From: Hormiphora californensis
Lineage: Eukaryota; Animalia; Ctenophora
Reading direction: 5' to 3'
Assembly: GCA_020137815.1 (NCBI GenBank)
Contig: CM035354.1
Coordinates: forward strand, 7,192,001-7,256,000
DNA length: 64,000 nucleotides
Below, piece after piece: positions 1 to 48,247 of this stretch (position 1 is its first letter; each line of letters opens with the position of its first letter). The notes below the pieces were generated by a model that searched no databases, was not told the origin of the DNA, and saw only the letters and a program-made list of their open reading frames with translations. Position numbers and translations under genes: made by a program.

Positions 1-495
1 ACTAGATCTAGTAGTTGAGTAGCGGGAATTCAGAGGGTCAGCTAGTTAGGCAGTGCAACAAATATATGCTGAATTGGCTGTGCTCTAATAATAAGCAGAG
101 GACAAGTCTTGGAGTCTACTTTCAGTTGAACTTTGTCAGTGAGTAACACGTCGGAGAGGGAGGGGGTAGAGCAAGAGAACGTACTGCTATACTAATATAT
201 CCTCTCTCTCTCACAATATTGCACATCAAGAAATGCCAAATAAGGCAGCGTGTCGGGTGAATATTGGGTGGACATTTCTGCGGACGTGGTATGGGGTGCA
301 GCAACATGTAGATTATCCCTAAACAAATAAAGATACTCTTCTTTTTTTTTTCTCTCTCTCTCTCTCTCTCCCTTTCTCTCTATCTATAATTCGATAGATC
401 TATCTCTCTATCTATCTATCTATCTCTCTCTTTCTCTATCTCTATCTATCTCCCTCTCTCTATCTATCTCATGACTCATTTCTCTATCTCTCCAG

Positions 496-34180
<33,685 letters not shown>

Positions 34181-35063
34181 ACTGTGAAGAGTTTAGTCTC
34201 CATGACTACAGCTGCAGACTGGGATAGCCAAATAGAGAGTGAGAGATACTGATAGACTATTGTTTTTAGCGGTCAAGGTATTTGAGAGAAAACCGTGTGT
34301 ACTTGATGTACAAAGAAGTGAATATAAAATGACGATAAATTGACTTGATCGGACTACGAATCTCGAGTCATTGAGTATAATTCATTTGATTTAAATAAAC
34401 ATATGATGCAGAGCCATTGTGATTGTGGAGTTTTAAAGAGCCTATATAATAGTTTGTTTCCTCTCGTACTTACTTCAGAGAGAAACAAAAATAGAGAGAA
34501 TACAGGTTGTAGAGTTTAAGGACAATATCCAAGACTCAAATAACTTCTTTTTTATAAATTCATTCATGATCTTACCCCCATTAAGAGTCTCACCCCTCTA
34601 CGCTGAGTTTTAAAACAGTTAAAAATCTTTGTACCATTTGATGTGATGTGATATGCTGTGATGGTATGTGTTAATATTTTGATGAATTAACTTTTCAAAC
34701 AAATTGAGATTTTAATTTTGGCACAAAAATACAATGGAGACCCATAAATTATTGTCTTCGGAGCCGCGCGAAAATCGTTAAATGAAATTGCGCGTGTGAG
34801 AATGCGCGCTCCCGTTTTCTTAAATTTTCGAAACCACCAAATGCAAACTGATTTGGATTTTGGAATCCACTGCTGACTGCAGGCAGCAGCCCCCTTGGGC
34901 TCCATACACGCACCCCCGCAATAAGAAGCCTACTATACAGCGTATGCCAAAGTTGCTTTGCATCGGCGACGGAGCCTGGACAGCGGATTCCCATGCCGTC
35001 GGGGAGGGAGGCAAAAGCCGCGGTTAAGGGCGAGATGATTTTAACAATCCGTGAGCGTTTATA

Positions 35064-35663
35064 GGGATCCCTAAAAAAGTTCAGTATTTACACAGCGTTT
35101 ACACAGTCTTTACACAGTCGTTACACCCAGAGCGCCCGCGCCGCTCTGGGTGTAAAGACTGCGTCTTTCGCACTCGATTTGCAGCGTTTTCGGAAACTTT
35201 TTTCGCCGCAGCGCTCAATTTACTCAACTGTGCGGCACACAATCTCTATCATAAGTTGGAGATGAACGACGTCGAAGTGGCCGTTCGTTAGGCGGTATCT
35301 AAGCGACAGTCTGCTCCTTCATAAAACACTTTATGTGCCCAAAGCTGTAAAGCTGTTACTCACACTTTTAGAACTTCCAGTGGAAGTTTGTTGATATTTT
35401 CGAATGAATTTCAACAATTCAGTCCCTATAGTTACCAATTCAGTTGCCAAGGCAACCGTGTTATTGACGTTGAAAGAGGCAAAAAGAACCGCTTTGCCGG
35501 GTGGGTTATCAAAAAGCCCTTACTTGAGGCGCACCCAATGGGTGCGCTAGTCCAATATATTCTTAGAAAAAGCCGCAAAACGCAGCACGGGCCCCTCTGG
35601 GTGTAACGACTGTGTAAAGACTGTGTAAACGCTGTGTAAATACTGAACTTTTTTAGGGATCCC
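35064..35663. mobile_element. MITE with ~70-bp TIRs and TA/TATA TSD, containing a nested Helitron
   Basis: TATA|GGGATCCCTAAAAAAGTTCAGTATTTACACAG ... CTGTGTAAATACTGAACTTTTTTAGGGATCCC|TATA. Confidence 0.85.
35243..35550 (+). mobile_element. Non-autonomous Helitron (308 bp)
   Basis: A|TCTCTATCATAA ... GCGCACCC-AAT-GGGTGCGC-TAG|T; homologous in reverse complement to 53672-54491. Confidence 0.85.
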
Positions 35664-36212
35664 TATAAATCGGAAATAAGCTCCTAATAAAACAGGAGCG
35701 TGCACAACATGAGAGTCTGCATCAAGCAATCATGCCTTAGGGCTTAGACCATATTAGGCACGATTGTTTGATGCAAACTCCTAGTAAGATACCTGGGAGA
35801 ATGTGTGTTTTGAATGTTCATGAACATGATGGCCTGGAATGTTTGTCAAGTGAATCATGCCAATTACCACGTCTCTCTGGAAAACAATAATTCAATTCTG
35901 GAATGATCCTGCGGGACTGTTTGTGCGGGGGAAGTTCAATTGAACTGACACCATTATATGTTGATACATGAAGACGAAGTTTATTACAAATTAACAAAGA
36001 CCGACCCATGTTTGTTTTTATCTCATTCTAGGGAATTTGAAGGAACGTGATCCATTGTTAGTATTGTCCAACTTGGCGTCTAAAAGTCGATTGGCTAATA
36101 TACCGGATACCCACGAATATTTACCTGGATATGCGTACCCTCTAACCCTCTAATACTATTGAATATTGGTCACTCTCCAACATGCACGAATATTATTTTA
36201 ACACTTAATGAC

Positions 36213-37085
36213 TTGAGCAGTAAATTCGAAAGCCTCTCTTGAGCAATGAGATAGTGGAGAAGAGACCCGAAACTTTCTTAGAACTCGAATCTCTACATTG
36301 TTGTAGAGTATTTTAGTTTTGCATATTACCGTGCAATTCTAAGGCAGTGTGACAAATTTAGTTTTGAGAAATCTGGACGTGTAGATGTCTTCATAAATGT
36401 GACCTGAAAAAGAAGAAATTAGCCCGCCTGTCATGTTTGAAATTGCTAGGTCGTTTAGTTAGAAGTTAGAATCAGCTACAGTCATAGCTGCAGCATACAA
36501 GGCTTCGATCGTCATACTGCAGCCCCACTTATGCCGATTTTAGGCAATCTTGTTATGTTCTAACCCGGGGCGCGTGAAACACAGTCTAGCTAGGCAAAGG
36601 CAATCATGTAGGAGCCTACGATAAAGATTGCTTGAAACTGGAGCAATTTGCCCAGATTGATAGTTGCGCCTTGAGCAGTAAATTTCAAAGTTTCCCTTGA
36701 GCAATGAGATAGTGGAGAAGAGACCCGAAACTTTCTTAGAACTCGAATCTCTACATTGTTGTAGAGTATTTTAGTTTTGCATAATCATAATACCGTGCAA
36801 TTCCAAGGCAGTGTGACAAATTTAGTTCTGAGAAATTTAGACGTGTAGATGTCTTTATAAATGTGACCTGAAAAAGAAAAAATTAGCCCGCCTGTCATGT
36901 TGGAAATCGCTAGGTCGTTTGAGAAGTTAGAATCAGCTACAGTCATAGCTGCGGCATACAGACTTCAATCGTCATACCGCAGCCCCACTTATGCCGATTT
37001 CAGACTTTGGCAATCATGTAGATTGTAGGAGCATACGATAAAGGTTGCCTGAAACTGGAGCAATTATCCCAGATTGATAGTTGCG
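36213..37085. repeat. ~460-bp tandem duplication (36213-36668 / 36671-37085) directly upstream of ZNRD2
   Basis: Both copies run TTGAGCAGTAAATT...CCCAGATTGATAGTTGCG; the second has a ~45-bp deletion. Confidence 0.92.
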
Positions 37086-37112
37086 ACTGTTTAACATGTT
37101 TCTCCCATTAGA

Positions 37113-37980
37113 ATGAGTAATGAGAGAATGGATCGATTGGACAAGATATCCCATCTTGTGGGGGGTTATCTGCTACGTGGCTATAAAATGTTAGCTGATG
37201 AATGTGAGAAATGCGGAACGGTGCTACTTGAGGTAAGAATTTAATCTAATTTACAATTAGATTGGACAGTCAGGGGTATTTTTTCGTCGCCTGTCGGGTA
37301 TAATACCGCTTTTATGCTCGTTAGTGTCAGGTATTGTTTATGTTATCTGGCCCTGTCTGAGCGGTAATTTCTTTTTATTTTTACGGTAGAAAAGTTAGAT
37401 CTGATGTGTTCTAATGACATCTCTCCTGAACAGGATAGAGCTAAGAAGACGTACTGTGTAGGGTGTGAGGAGGTGGACCGTGCAACACGAGGTCCTGACA
37501 ATGAACAACCCCTTACAGCAGGAGCTACTGTTGCTGCAGCAGTTGCCCCCACCAACAGGGAGGACCTGTACGCGATGGCTGCACAGCAACTCAGGAGAAC
37601 CCCCTCGCCGCCCCCTCGCCTTTTAGAGGCTGCAACGCGGCCCCTCGCGGGTAATACTTGTCACGCGAGATTTATCACGCTCTACTCAACATGCATTAAT
37701 ATATCCACCACACACACTACTGTGTATCATTCTGTGCTCGAACATATTTGTCAGTATTTTCTCCTCCATTTCAAGATTAATTGTTTCAGTACGTCAGCCG
37801 GTGAGAGAGGCTGCTGACGATCAATCCCAAGATTGTGATAGTTCCATACGGTCAGCTATAACATCTCTTTGTAACACGCTACAAAATATCGATCCTACCA
37901 CAGTATCTGATAGTCAGGATGTGCTGAGGTATTCAGAGGCCATTCTTAACCTGTCCCGGGCAATAGACCGAAGCGACTAA
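37113..37980 (+). CDS. ZNRD2: ZNRD2/SSSCA1 zinc-ribbon protein (exons 37113-37232, 37434-37650, 37790-37980; ~175 aa)
   Basis: GGYLLRGYKMLADECEKCGTVLLE-DRAKKTYCVGC matches the family signature GDYLLRGYRMLGETCADCGTILLQDKQRKIYCVAC. Confidence 0.9.
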
Positions 37981-38418
37981 AGAAGCCAGTTTTATTTTCT
38001 ACTCTATGCTATATTCTATTTGTACTGTATAGTATTTGACTGTTTTTTATCAGTAATATTTGTCTTTTTACTTTAGTTGGAAAGCCGATAAAATGAAATT
38101 TTTCCGTCATAATATGACTTATAATTCATATATGGCCACTGCCCACTATGGTGTGATTATACAGGGAGATTTGCACAATTTGTTGTGTCAACAGTTAGAT
38201 TTGTTTGTGTAAGCGGCCGGCTCGCACCTCCCGTTTCTGATCCGCTTCAGTTCCCTGTAAATTTTGTCATGCACTGTTGCGGCCACCCTTGTGATAATGT
38301 GACTCTAGATCTAATATATCGCTCTTTTCAACTAGCACGGTCTATGTAGCTCCGGCATGAAGACAAGAAGGAGGTTTTCACACTGAAGAAGAGAGGGGGA
38401 GCTGAGAGAGAGATAAAG

Positions 38419-41400
38419 ATGATGATGTTGGGTTCCCGGTGCCGTATTGTGGTAGCGGCACTGGGCCGTTCCTACACCTCGTCACCTCGTATTGAGGCAG
38501 CTTTAGAGGAGCTAGGTGATCACCATGAAGTAGTCCAGAGATCGCCGCCACTCTTCTCCGCTAATAAGGTACGAATTTAGATAGATTCTATCGAGAGATA
38601 GACTCTATCTCTAAATAGAAAGTATTAATCAGTTCATTTCTGCAATTCCATACTTTTTTTCCTCTCTAAGCAGTATTTTATAAACAGTAGTTTTCCAATC
38701 TAACACCCCTCACCCCCTATATCAATATAATACCCCTCACCCCCTCCTTCAGTTGAACCCCAATGGAGTGTTTACGAATTCAGAACTGCGATTGTCAGAC
38801 ATTGATGTGATGGGTTTTGACTACGATTACACCCTAGCACCTTATACGAGGAGACTGGAGCACACAATCTTTGATATGATCATTGATAGACTTGTCGCTC
38901 TAAGACACTACCCAAGTGTAAGTAATACTAATCATCATTAGTACTTGTTATGTTCTAATTGTCCTTTGCATTAATTGTTTTGTCACAGACGCAGAGAGAG
39001 AGAGAGAGGGTCGCCGGTCGAACAAGGCTAGTTAGTACCTCTGCGAACATATGTAGAAGTACCCCGTATAGTAGCAAGGCCAGGAGAGGGGGTCAATATA
39101 CTCAATGCGATTATTAATAATACCCACGGCTGCTACTCAATACACACGCAGTGCGTGGGCCACATAGCTAGACGGGGATGGGGAATATTATATTAAATAT
39201 TTGTCTCTCCCTCTCCCTATTATATATCGAAGGCCACACGGCATACCTAGTTCGACTTTGTGTGATACAAAGCGACAAATAGTGAAATATATCCAGATGT
39301 GTTATAAACGTAGGTTTAGCTGGATATTATGCAAGCTTTTTTGCTGCTGCAGGACATTGGTAGAAAACCCAATATATTACAAGCCATATATATCCTGGGT
39401 ATTTTTCTGGGTATTTTTCGAATAAAATTAGTCCTGGGAAATATTCCAAGCTCGAGTGAGCAAGTGAGAACTTCTCAAGAACTTAGAACGGATATATGTT
39501 CTATTTTACACGTGTTCGTGCTAAGTTATTTGAGTTGGAAAGGATAAAAGTGTAAATTTCACACATAACCTCTGACCTGTATTCTGTACTGTTTCAGGCC
39601 CAAGGATAAAAGTGTAACTTTCACACTGCACTGTTACAGTATAACACATGACCAGTTCTCTGTGTTTCAGGCCCTGAAATCGCTTCGTTACGACCCCACC
39701 CATTTGTCTCGGGGAGTTCACTACGACATGAACAAGGGGATATTCTTGAAGGTGAGAACTTATATTTTATCATATATCGGCCCAGCAATATATGTCGAGA
39801 ACCGGAACGTGGCAACATGTGAAATTGTGAATATATTTAACAGCGATGGCGAGCCCCCGAGGGTAACTTGTTAACTTGGCCGGAGGGTAGAGACTCTCTC
39901 TGTCTGTCTCTCTCTCTCTCTCTCTCTTTTTTTCTCTCTCTCCCTCGCTCTCTCTCTTACTCTCTATAGAGTCTCAACTCCCAACCAATCATGAGTGGCC
40001 TTTAAATTGCCTCCGATTTATGCTCGGACACCGCTTGTGATTTACCAATTATCGTACGCCCGCCCGACTGTGCTAATCCACCAACAGCTTGAGTCGAATA
40101 CTTTCATATTCTCATTATTTACCCATATCCAATTAAAACACCTCCCCTCCAGCTCCCCATTCCCCAATTGAACATCTCCCTTTAGTTAGTTACCCCAGTG
40201 GCCAGTTCCCATCCCCACAGATTGACCACTCACATCCCTATTCCCCATCCCCAGGTGGATGCCTACCACAGGATATCCACAGAGACTGTATACGATCTGT
40301 CCAGGAAGATCGAGGGTGCTGAATTGGACCGTCTTTACCCGGGAAGGAGAATGTTCTTCGGACGAAGTGGCAATGTAAGTAAAGAACTTTCCTCTCTCAC
40401 CCCTTGCTCAACAAACCATATATAAAACCGCGGCGTCCTGTCTGAACTCTGAATTGGTAACCTCTCTGCGCCAGCCTCGGATCAGAAAGTAACAAGTTGG
40501 TTGTACTGCCAATGTCTCAACTAATTTTCGTTCTCTAGAATCTCTAGAATACCACTTGTTTGAGCAATTTGCTGATTTTCTTGTACACCCTTCTACCTAC
40601 CACAAAACCATTACATATGGAGCGTCTAAAAATATTATTTTATCATGTCTTTGATGTGATAATCATAATTTTTCTCTCCCACCGCCTCACATATAGTATT
40701 TTTTCCATAAAACATGTCCCTTACAACTTCACATATATAAAAGCATGTCCCCTGCAACCCACCAATGCGACCCCTTACTAAACCTAGACAAATTTCCAAG
40801 CGACCTCCCAAGACTAATATGCTCGATAGAGCTCGGCTATATATTACTGAAGGGCCCTTCTCTTCACACTAATGATATTTTATCATGCAACCGTTCCCTT
40901 TTCTCTGCCCCTCGGTCCTCGTCTCTCGATCTCTTTTCTCAGCTCTGCTCTCCGCTAGATAGTCTCCTTCCCTCTATGTATTATAATATTCGGCTCCCTA
41001 CTTACAAGCTACCTCTGTAATATTCAACCCCCTACCTCGCTCTCTCTCCCCTCCCCCTAATCACGTCCCATCTCTGCAGCATGTCAAGCAGAACGTGGAC
41101 ATTTTCGAGCTGCCCCAGCTGGCAGCCTGGGCGGCGGTATTGGCCTACCTGGACACCACCTCTGGAGATGTCCATCCTACTATTGTGTTTGAGGACATCA
41201 ACAAGATAACGTATGATATCCACGTGGGTGGTATGCTACATGGCCATATCATGGACAACATTGGGGATTATTTAGAGCCCAACCCGAGACTTGAGACTAT
41301 GTTAAAGATGATGAGAGATACAGGAAAACAGACCTTTGTACTAACTAACAGGTAACTTAAACTCATAGTCTTAGCACAAGGTTTTATTGACCCATTATAG

Positions 41401-44400
41401 ATGTAAATGGGATGCCATTGTAGGTGTAAATGGGATGATTCCACACCTCATCCGATGAGTATGAATACCTCTGAGCTGTGCTAATAGCAGTGCTAATAGC
41501 AGTGCTATAGTACCCTCACCCAGTGATGTGTAGCTATTCCTCATCACACGTACCATGAACGAGTCTTTCATTCACCATCTCTATAAGTACCTGCGATATC
41601 GCGGTTAGCCGCTAAAGGATAAACTATCGCTAAATTAACACACTGATAATTTCAAGATAAGAAGTACATCCCCAATATTCAGTGTTGTAATTTCCACTCA
41701 ATTTCAGTCCCTACAAGTTTATTGACGTTGGTATGAGTCAGATTATTGGATCACACTGGATGGACCTCTTTGACATTGTCATATGTCTCTCTAAGAAGCC
41801 TCACTTTTTTAACGACACCAAGAGACCATTCCGGCGGGTCTCCTCGAACAACGAGCCCACCTTTGGACAAGTCAATCAACTGGTAAAAGGTACCTTGAGT
41901 AGTTTGAGGGGGGACTTTATCAATTTATCGGCCGCTCTTTCATCAAGGCGGTATCTTTCAACATAAAATATTCAAGTTAAACTTTACATATTTTATCATG
42001 TTTATTGGCTTCTCAACAACAGATACTACTATGTACGGCTATGTATCTTTTCTAAAATCTATCTTCTATTTCTTCTAGTTTGAAACTAGAAGAAATAGAA
42101 GATAGATTTTGGAAACTAGTAGATTCTACCCACTATCTTGACTCTTCTCCGGAATCCACTTATCTACAACAATATGAAATATCACTCCCCCTCTAGCTCT
42201 CTCTCATCCCCTTTCTCTCTTTCTACAGGTGAAGTGTACTGTGAGGGAAATGTGCGAGATCTCCACAAGTTTACCGGGTGGAATCCCTGTAGGATTCTCT
42301 ACTTTGGAGATCAAATGTTAGCAGATCTTGCGGAACCAGTCCTAAATCAAGGATGGCACACAGGTATGAGAAGTTACCTAGTACCCTAGTCACCCAGTAA
42401 CTTAGTCACCTAGTAACATAGGATAACAGCCTAGTTACCTAGTATCCTAGTAACCTAGTAACCTAGTCAGTAGTCACCTAGACATACAATTTTGTCATAC
42501 ATCATAACTGTAACGTTGTGCAGTGCACAACGTGCACCCTTTGGCCCGATTCGGAGAGTGAGATAATTTATGAATAGTAATCTTGGCGTATCACAGGGGG
42601 GGGTATCACCGATAGCCTGAAACACTTCGTGAGTAGTAATCTAGTGCCTAAAACGTGGCTGGTAGCTGATGTGATATGGGGACAAGAAATTTGAATTTTT
42701 TGAGAAATGTGGGTGGTAGTGTGGGTGGTAACTGGTAGTAGTGGAGGAGTGGTGAAATTCATTTTCTACCGGTTTTACTGAGTACTTGAGACTGTCTCAC
42801 TTTTGCTTATTCATGAAAATTCCTAGTACCCTAATGTGATTACAATATAATCTCATTACATATGTAATTTATGTCCAGACCAATATTATATAGCACTACA
42901 GAGCTGCACTCCGTATTGGTATGCTGCGTACAGGAAACTTTTGTGCATGTTACGTGGCACCCCTCCCCCGTGTGTGTTACTCATACCATTGTATGTGGTA
43001 TACAGAGAGAGAGAGAGGTCGTGTATGGGCTCCTGAACCAGTCTAGCACCGGAAACATGACAGGAGTGCTAATTTGATAATTTCATGAGTAGTGAGTGAT
43101 GTAATCAATTAATTGGCTGGACAAGCGATCAGGGCTAACTGAAAGCTATTTATAGAACTCGTTTCCGTGTTCGATTCAAGATTAGAGGAACAATATTGGT
43201 ATCTGGTATGTGACTCATGTGTGGCCACCCCTTTTATCTCTCCTGCTAACGCATTGATGCGTAGTTCACAGAAGACCGCCACGGCCACCCACTCTTCCGG
43301 TCTTCCCAGAACCCTTATCTCTCCTTCTCCCCTTCTTCTCTTCCCATTCTCTTCTGCGTGCAGCAATTTCAATGAAATATTTTTCTAGAAATTCCTGCAC
43401 AGATTCAATAATTTAATTTCATAATCTGTGGGTCACATTATGAAATTTGATTAATCTGTGTGGGTAAAATTATTGTATACCGGCCACTATTGCTGCATAC
43501 AACCACTGCATATCACTATCGCTGCATAAAGACCGTTTATACGATAAAGTGTTTGATAAGAGAGCGGTAACTTCAAACAAAACACCGCTGTCTCTGTCAA
43601 TTCTCTGACACCGCTGTCTGCAGTTAGCTTAGCAAGGTAGTTCACCACACGTTACACCACACTGTGTAAGGGGAGACACACTTTGAACTAGCCGGGTCGA
43701 ATATCATCAAGGGTTCACTACTACCTTGACTAGACGGCGGAGAAATTATCATATTTTGGGAAGCCAAGCAAACAGAACTGTGCAGTGTATAACACGCCTG
43801 TGGGCTGCACGCCTTGTATTACAATAAGATCTTGACCATACAATTATATCAACCCCTCTTTCTCTTTGTCTCATATAAGACTGTCCTCTCCGCACCGGGT
43901 CTCATGCAGCGTGCGAGATGTTACATTCAGTGCCTAACAACTCCCCCTCTCTCTCCCCTGCCAGGTGCAATAATCCGAGAACTAAACGAGGAACTGGAAC
44001 TGCTAAATAGTGCGGAGTGCCAACACAAGATGTTCTTAATGAATGAACTGAATTTCCTGATAAACGATGTCCAGCAGTTTATACCCCATCCAACAGCTAT
44101 CCGATATCTTGGGGAGTGGTGCATTGAACGGAAAAAGGTAAGTTCTGTGGTGTTACTTCATGTTTCTACTACACTTAGAATGGGTTTATTATCTAAATCC
44201 TCTTAAACATCTTCCTTTCCACGTATACTTCTTTTATTTTACCAACACCAATCAACCCCTCAGGTCCGTCGAGAACTGCTAGACCTTCACCCCACCAAGT
44301 TTGGCAGCATATTCCGTACCCACCTGACCCCGACATTATTTTACCGAAGACTCTCGCGATTCGCTGAGATCTACACCAGTGATTTGACCAATCTGGCAAA

Positions 44401-44539
44401 CTTTAACACGGAGCACCATCGCTTCACACCGACCCGCCAATATCTACCACATGAAATGCACTGTCTATCTCAGTTAGATATTTGCAGGGCGAAATGTAGC
44501 TGGAAACGAACTAAACCATGGCAAGCTTGTGCTAAGTAA
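38419..44539 (+). CDS. NT5DC: 5'-nucleotidase domain-containing HAD protein, NT5DC2/3-like. Approximate exons: 38419-38568, 38753-38917, 39671-39751, 40255-40374, 41080-41351, 41708-41889, 42229-42364, 43965-44137, 44264-44539
   Basis: HAD motifs GFDYDYTLAPY, FVLTNSPY, KKPHFF, YFGDQMLADL..GWHTGAII and FGSIFRT..RFAEIYTS..LPHE; Arg/Ser N-terminus resembling a mitochondrial presequence. Confidence 0.9.
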
Positions 44540-44826
44540 TGGAGGACAGTATTTTAGAAATAGACAATGACCGGACGATTTATCTAAGCAGAGTTATAAT
44601 TTTACCATGAACATGTTTGTTCGCATTTCGCAGCTGGGTAAAAATAGGGATAAAAACGAACTAAAAATGCATGTTTTGTGTTGTACAAAAGAGGTATCTT
44701 TCTATGTAAATATATTACAGAGAGTTTCTGACTGACGCATCTTTAATGATAATGTATTATCCGCTCTGTTTTCTTCTTAGTTCTTATTGCTAAACTCTTG
44801 TTTAGAATAACAGTCTAACTTGGCAA

Positions 44827-47800
44827 CTAAACTGGCAGTATGTTCATTGTAGGGATATCCAGACTCAGTTCCGTATCCGGCGTGCACACCTCTCTGAAAA
44901 TAAAACATGGTATAGGCCAAAGAAATAGAGAAAGTAACAGTAACACTACCACTTCCCGTGTATACACAGTTTTTGTACAGTGTACTGGTACACAAACAGA
45001 GTGCAAAAACTTCACATCTCATGTCACACTTGTGTGCCATGGATCGAAAGCAGTAGCGCGCGAGATGTGAGAGTCAGTGAAACTTTCATGTCAGCACTTT
45101 TTCTGCGCGCCACCTCGGAGCCCCAGCGACCCGCCGAGCATGGCTCCCAACACAGAAACGCTGACAATGTACACTTTGTCGATTCAGTGTCGGCGCGCGG
45201 TACAATTACGTTCTATCAACCGCTGCTACTTCAGCTGCACAGGGGGTTGATCGGTTGACAAAACTGAAAACGACAAGCGAGAGAGGTTCGATGATCAGCG
45301 AGAGAAGGAGAGATAGATAGTGAGAGAGAGAGGGAGAGAGAGAGAGAGAGAGAGAGATAGTGAGAGAGAGAGAGAGAGTTGAAAGCATGACTAACATGGA
45401 ATACACTATTAGAATCGTGAGAAACAGCATATTCTACACACCTGATGAATTTTGGCGTTCCCCGTCGTGCTTGTCGAACAGTGCATTTCTTCTGCTGAAG
45501 ATCACTGAGAGAGAGAGATGCAGAAATAGAGTTAGGGATGCAATAGAGGGAGTTAGAAAATCATTGGGGGAGAACGAGAGTGGTTGAGTGAGGATGGCAG
45601 ATTGAAAAAAAAAGAAATGATTTGAAGTCCAAGCGAGAGAGAGAGAGAGTAAAGCAAAAATATGACATCATTCAGCAAATGAAAACATACCTTATCCGTG
45701 ACTGTAATAAGGCGACCTCTCGTTCCGTTTCAGCGATATTGTCCCTGTGGAGCTCTATTTCCCGCTTCATAACTCGGTTCTGGTGTGCAAGGCCCTTCAA
45801 AGATTGGGGAATATTTTGAACTGCTTCCGCTGTTAGTGTAGCTTGAATCTCTCGGCACCTGGTGTGAGGGGCGGAGCTGGGAGATTGCTGTTAGTTAGAG
45901 GACGGAGAGAGAGGGAGAAAAGGAGGGCGAGAGAGAGAGGAGGGAGAGAGAGGGGAGAGAAAGAGAGGAAAGGAGGGCGAGGAAGGGGAGGGAACGAGGA
46001 AGAGAAAATGGAGTTGCGGGCCAGCTGGTATCTACATTTACAGGCATCAATTACACTACGATGTATATCTAGACCCAAGTCACCCTTCCACTACATTATA
46101 TCAATGTTAGTATGTCACCCATCTTGTATTCAAGAAGAAATGAACCCCTCCCCCGTACTAAACTAAAAACTACTGGATATCGAGGTTACCATACCTTTCG
46201 GTAATGTTGAGGTTGAGATTGCTGTGATGTTTAGAAACCAAAGCAGCCAGCTCACTCCGCTCCGTCTTCTGTTCAGAAACTAAATTCTCGAGTTCTACTT
46301 TCAGTTCATTTAATCTCGCTACCCTCATGTGGTATTCCTTATCCGTTCCCTGATTAGGAGATTCACTCTTTGACAAGTGTGATGGAATGTGGTTAAATGT
46401 TTCATGCAGGTAAAATAATAGTAGGCACATCAAAACATTCACACAAAATATGACACTTTTTTGTAATTAAACCGGCTGGTTTTGAATAAAGGGTGCTTTC
46501 ACATTACCTTGAATTTAATTAAAACCTCACACTCGTTTGTTTTATCGTTAACTTTCTTCTCCATTTGCAGGTACTCCTCCTCAAGTTTAGAGAGATCCTC
46601 CGCAGTTTGAAGCCGTGTTTCCTCTAACCGCTGTCGGGCAAGTGCAACACTCTCTTCACTCTGCTGACGGATCGTTCCTATTGCTCCCTGGAATGTAAAG
46701 AGGATATATTGTAAATCAATTGGTGGATAGTTTTCTAACAACAAAACCAAATTAGGATATAATAATACCCTACTAAAAATAATTTGAACAAAGTCCTGGC
46801 ACATAAATCTAGGCCCTCTCATCTAATACTGCGTGAACAACAGATACTAGCACATTCGGCCCGGTTCGGAGAGGACAGTCGTTTGTTTGACAACACACAA
46901 ACGCTATACTCACTAAATCAACCAGTATCAAATCAAGATCACTGCTAACCGACCAAGTAGACCTTAGCTGCCGCTTACTGCACCTTCGCTTCATATTGTG
47001 GTACAAAACCAGTAGCCAGTAACAGACCCACAAAATCACACAGGTACTCTCCACAGAGTGACAAGCAGAAATGTGACAACAAAGCATCTGAATCCTTTCT
47101 CGGTTTCTCTCTGTGCCTCCCTCAGCTCTCTCACTCTGCCACTTGGAGCTTGCTGCCGGTATTCAATGCCACACGTCGGATCCCTTCCTATCAGGGCCGG
47201 CTGATTGACTCTTTCTTTCTAACACACACCGGACATTGTGTGGAGATGTAATATGTTACTTGCGAAACCGTCTCTTTTTTTCTTTTTTTTCTATCTCTCT
47301 CTCTATCTCTCGCTATATATCTCCCTACCTCAAACTTTCACCGGCATCTTGTTAGGTAGTAGCAACCTGATAATTTTAAACAGCCTCCTAGGTATGTCCT
47401 GAGTCCTCTCATGTCTCTTTGTATTTATCACGTGCAAAAACAACTGCACAAGATTTAGCGGTGTCATATTAACTTCAATCGGCCACATGTTCGTTGCGGT
47501 AAGTGTACCAACCAGCTTTCATATGCAACTCATGAAAATATAGCAGCTTTGAGGCGACTGTACTGGCTCCCCTTGTACGCAAGGTTTAGCGCAGCATGTA
47601 CCATTCTGTACCACGCCAGAAAAATAAAACAATGATTTTACAACAAGTCATGCTTGATAAAAACTGTTTTTTCAGATGTGCCACTTTGTTTATCTACCAT
47701 TCACTTGAGAATCATGGTATCAGGTCACTACTACACCGTACTAAACCACAATTAAAACGGAAGAAATATAAACTACCCTAAATTTCTCGTATTGCTAGTT

Positions 47801-48247
47801 GCCAGTTTGCTAGCTAAGCAAAACTCACCCTGAACTTCTCATATTGTTCCAGTAGAGATGTGACCTCGTCGTGAACTTCACACTCACTCTCTCGAATAAC
47901 ACCCATTAGTTCGAGATTACAGCCAACCAACTTGCTCTGCATCTTTTGGTACTGCTGCAGCGTCTTCCGCCTCGCCTGATTGGGAAGAATGTATCGTAAA
48001 CGTAGTTTAGTCGAATAAGATTTTTGAAAATGATAAAGTAAGATTTGTGTAAATAAGGTCTAACCTTGATCTGTAGTCGGACAATCTCTGTCTCGGGGGA
48101 GGTGGGACGTTCAGACATCTGATCTGAACTGATGGCCGATTTGAGGACAGGTGATCTCTGCCATGCCGAGTAGTCACCGTCCACTAGAGACCTCTCATGA
48201 ATGTAGGCGGTTCTCGTCTCTTTTACACTTTCTGTTGGTGTATTCAT
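44827..48247 (-). CDS. C20orf96: C20orf96 orthologue, coiled-coil (exons 48247-48065, 47975-47829, 46687-46508, 46349-46195, 45858-45691, 45504-45442, 44893-44827; ~320 aa)
   Basis: DYSAWQRS, DKEYHMRVARL and C-terminal CTPDTELSLDIP match the recalled human motifs DYVPWQQS, DHEYSIKSVQI and CTPDMDVILNIP; splice phases consistent. Confidence 0.8.

Noticed and set aside
39145-39171. Helitron-like 3' end (CACGCA-G-TGCGTG ... CTAG)
   Set aside because: Followed by A rather than T, with no 5' end or second copy in the window.
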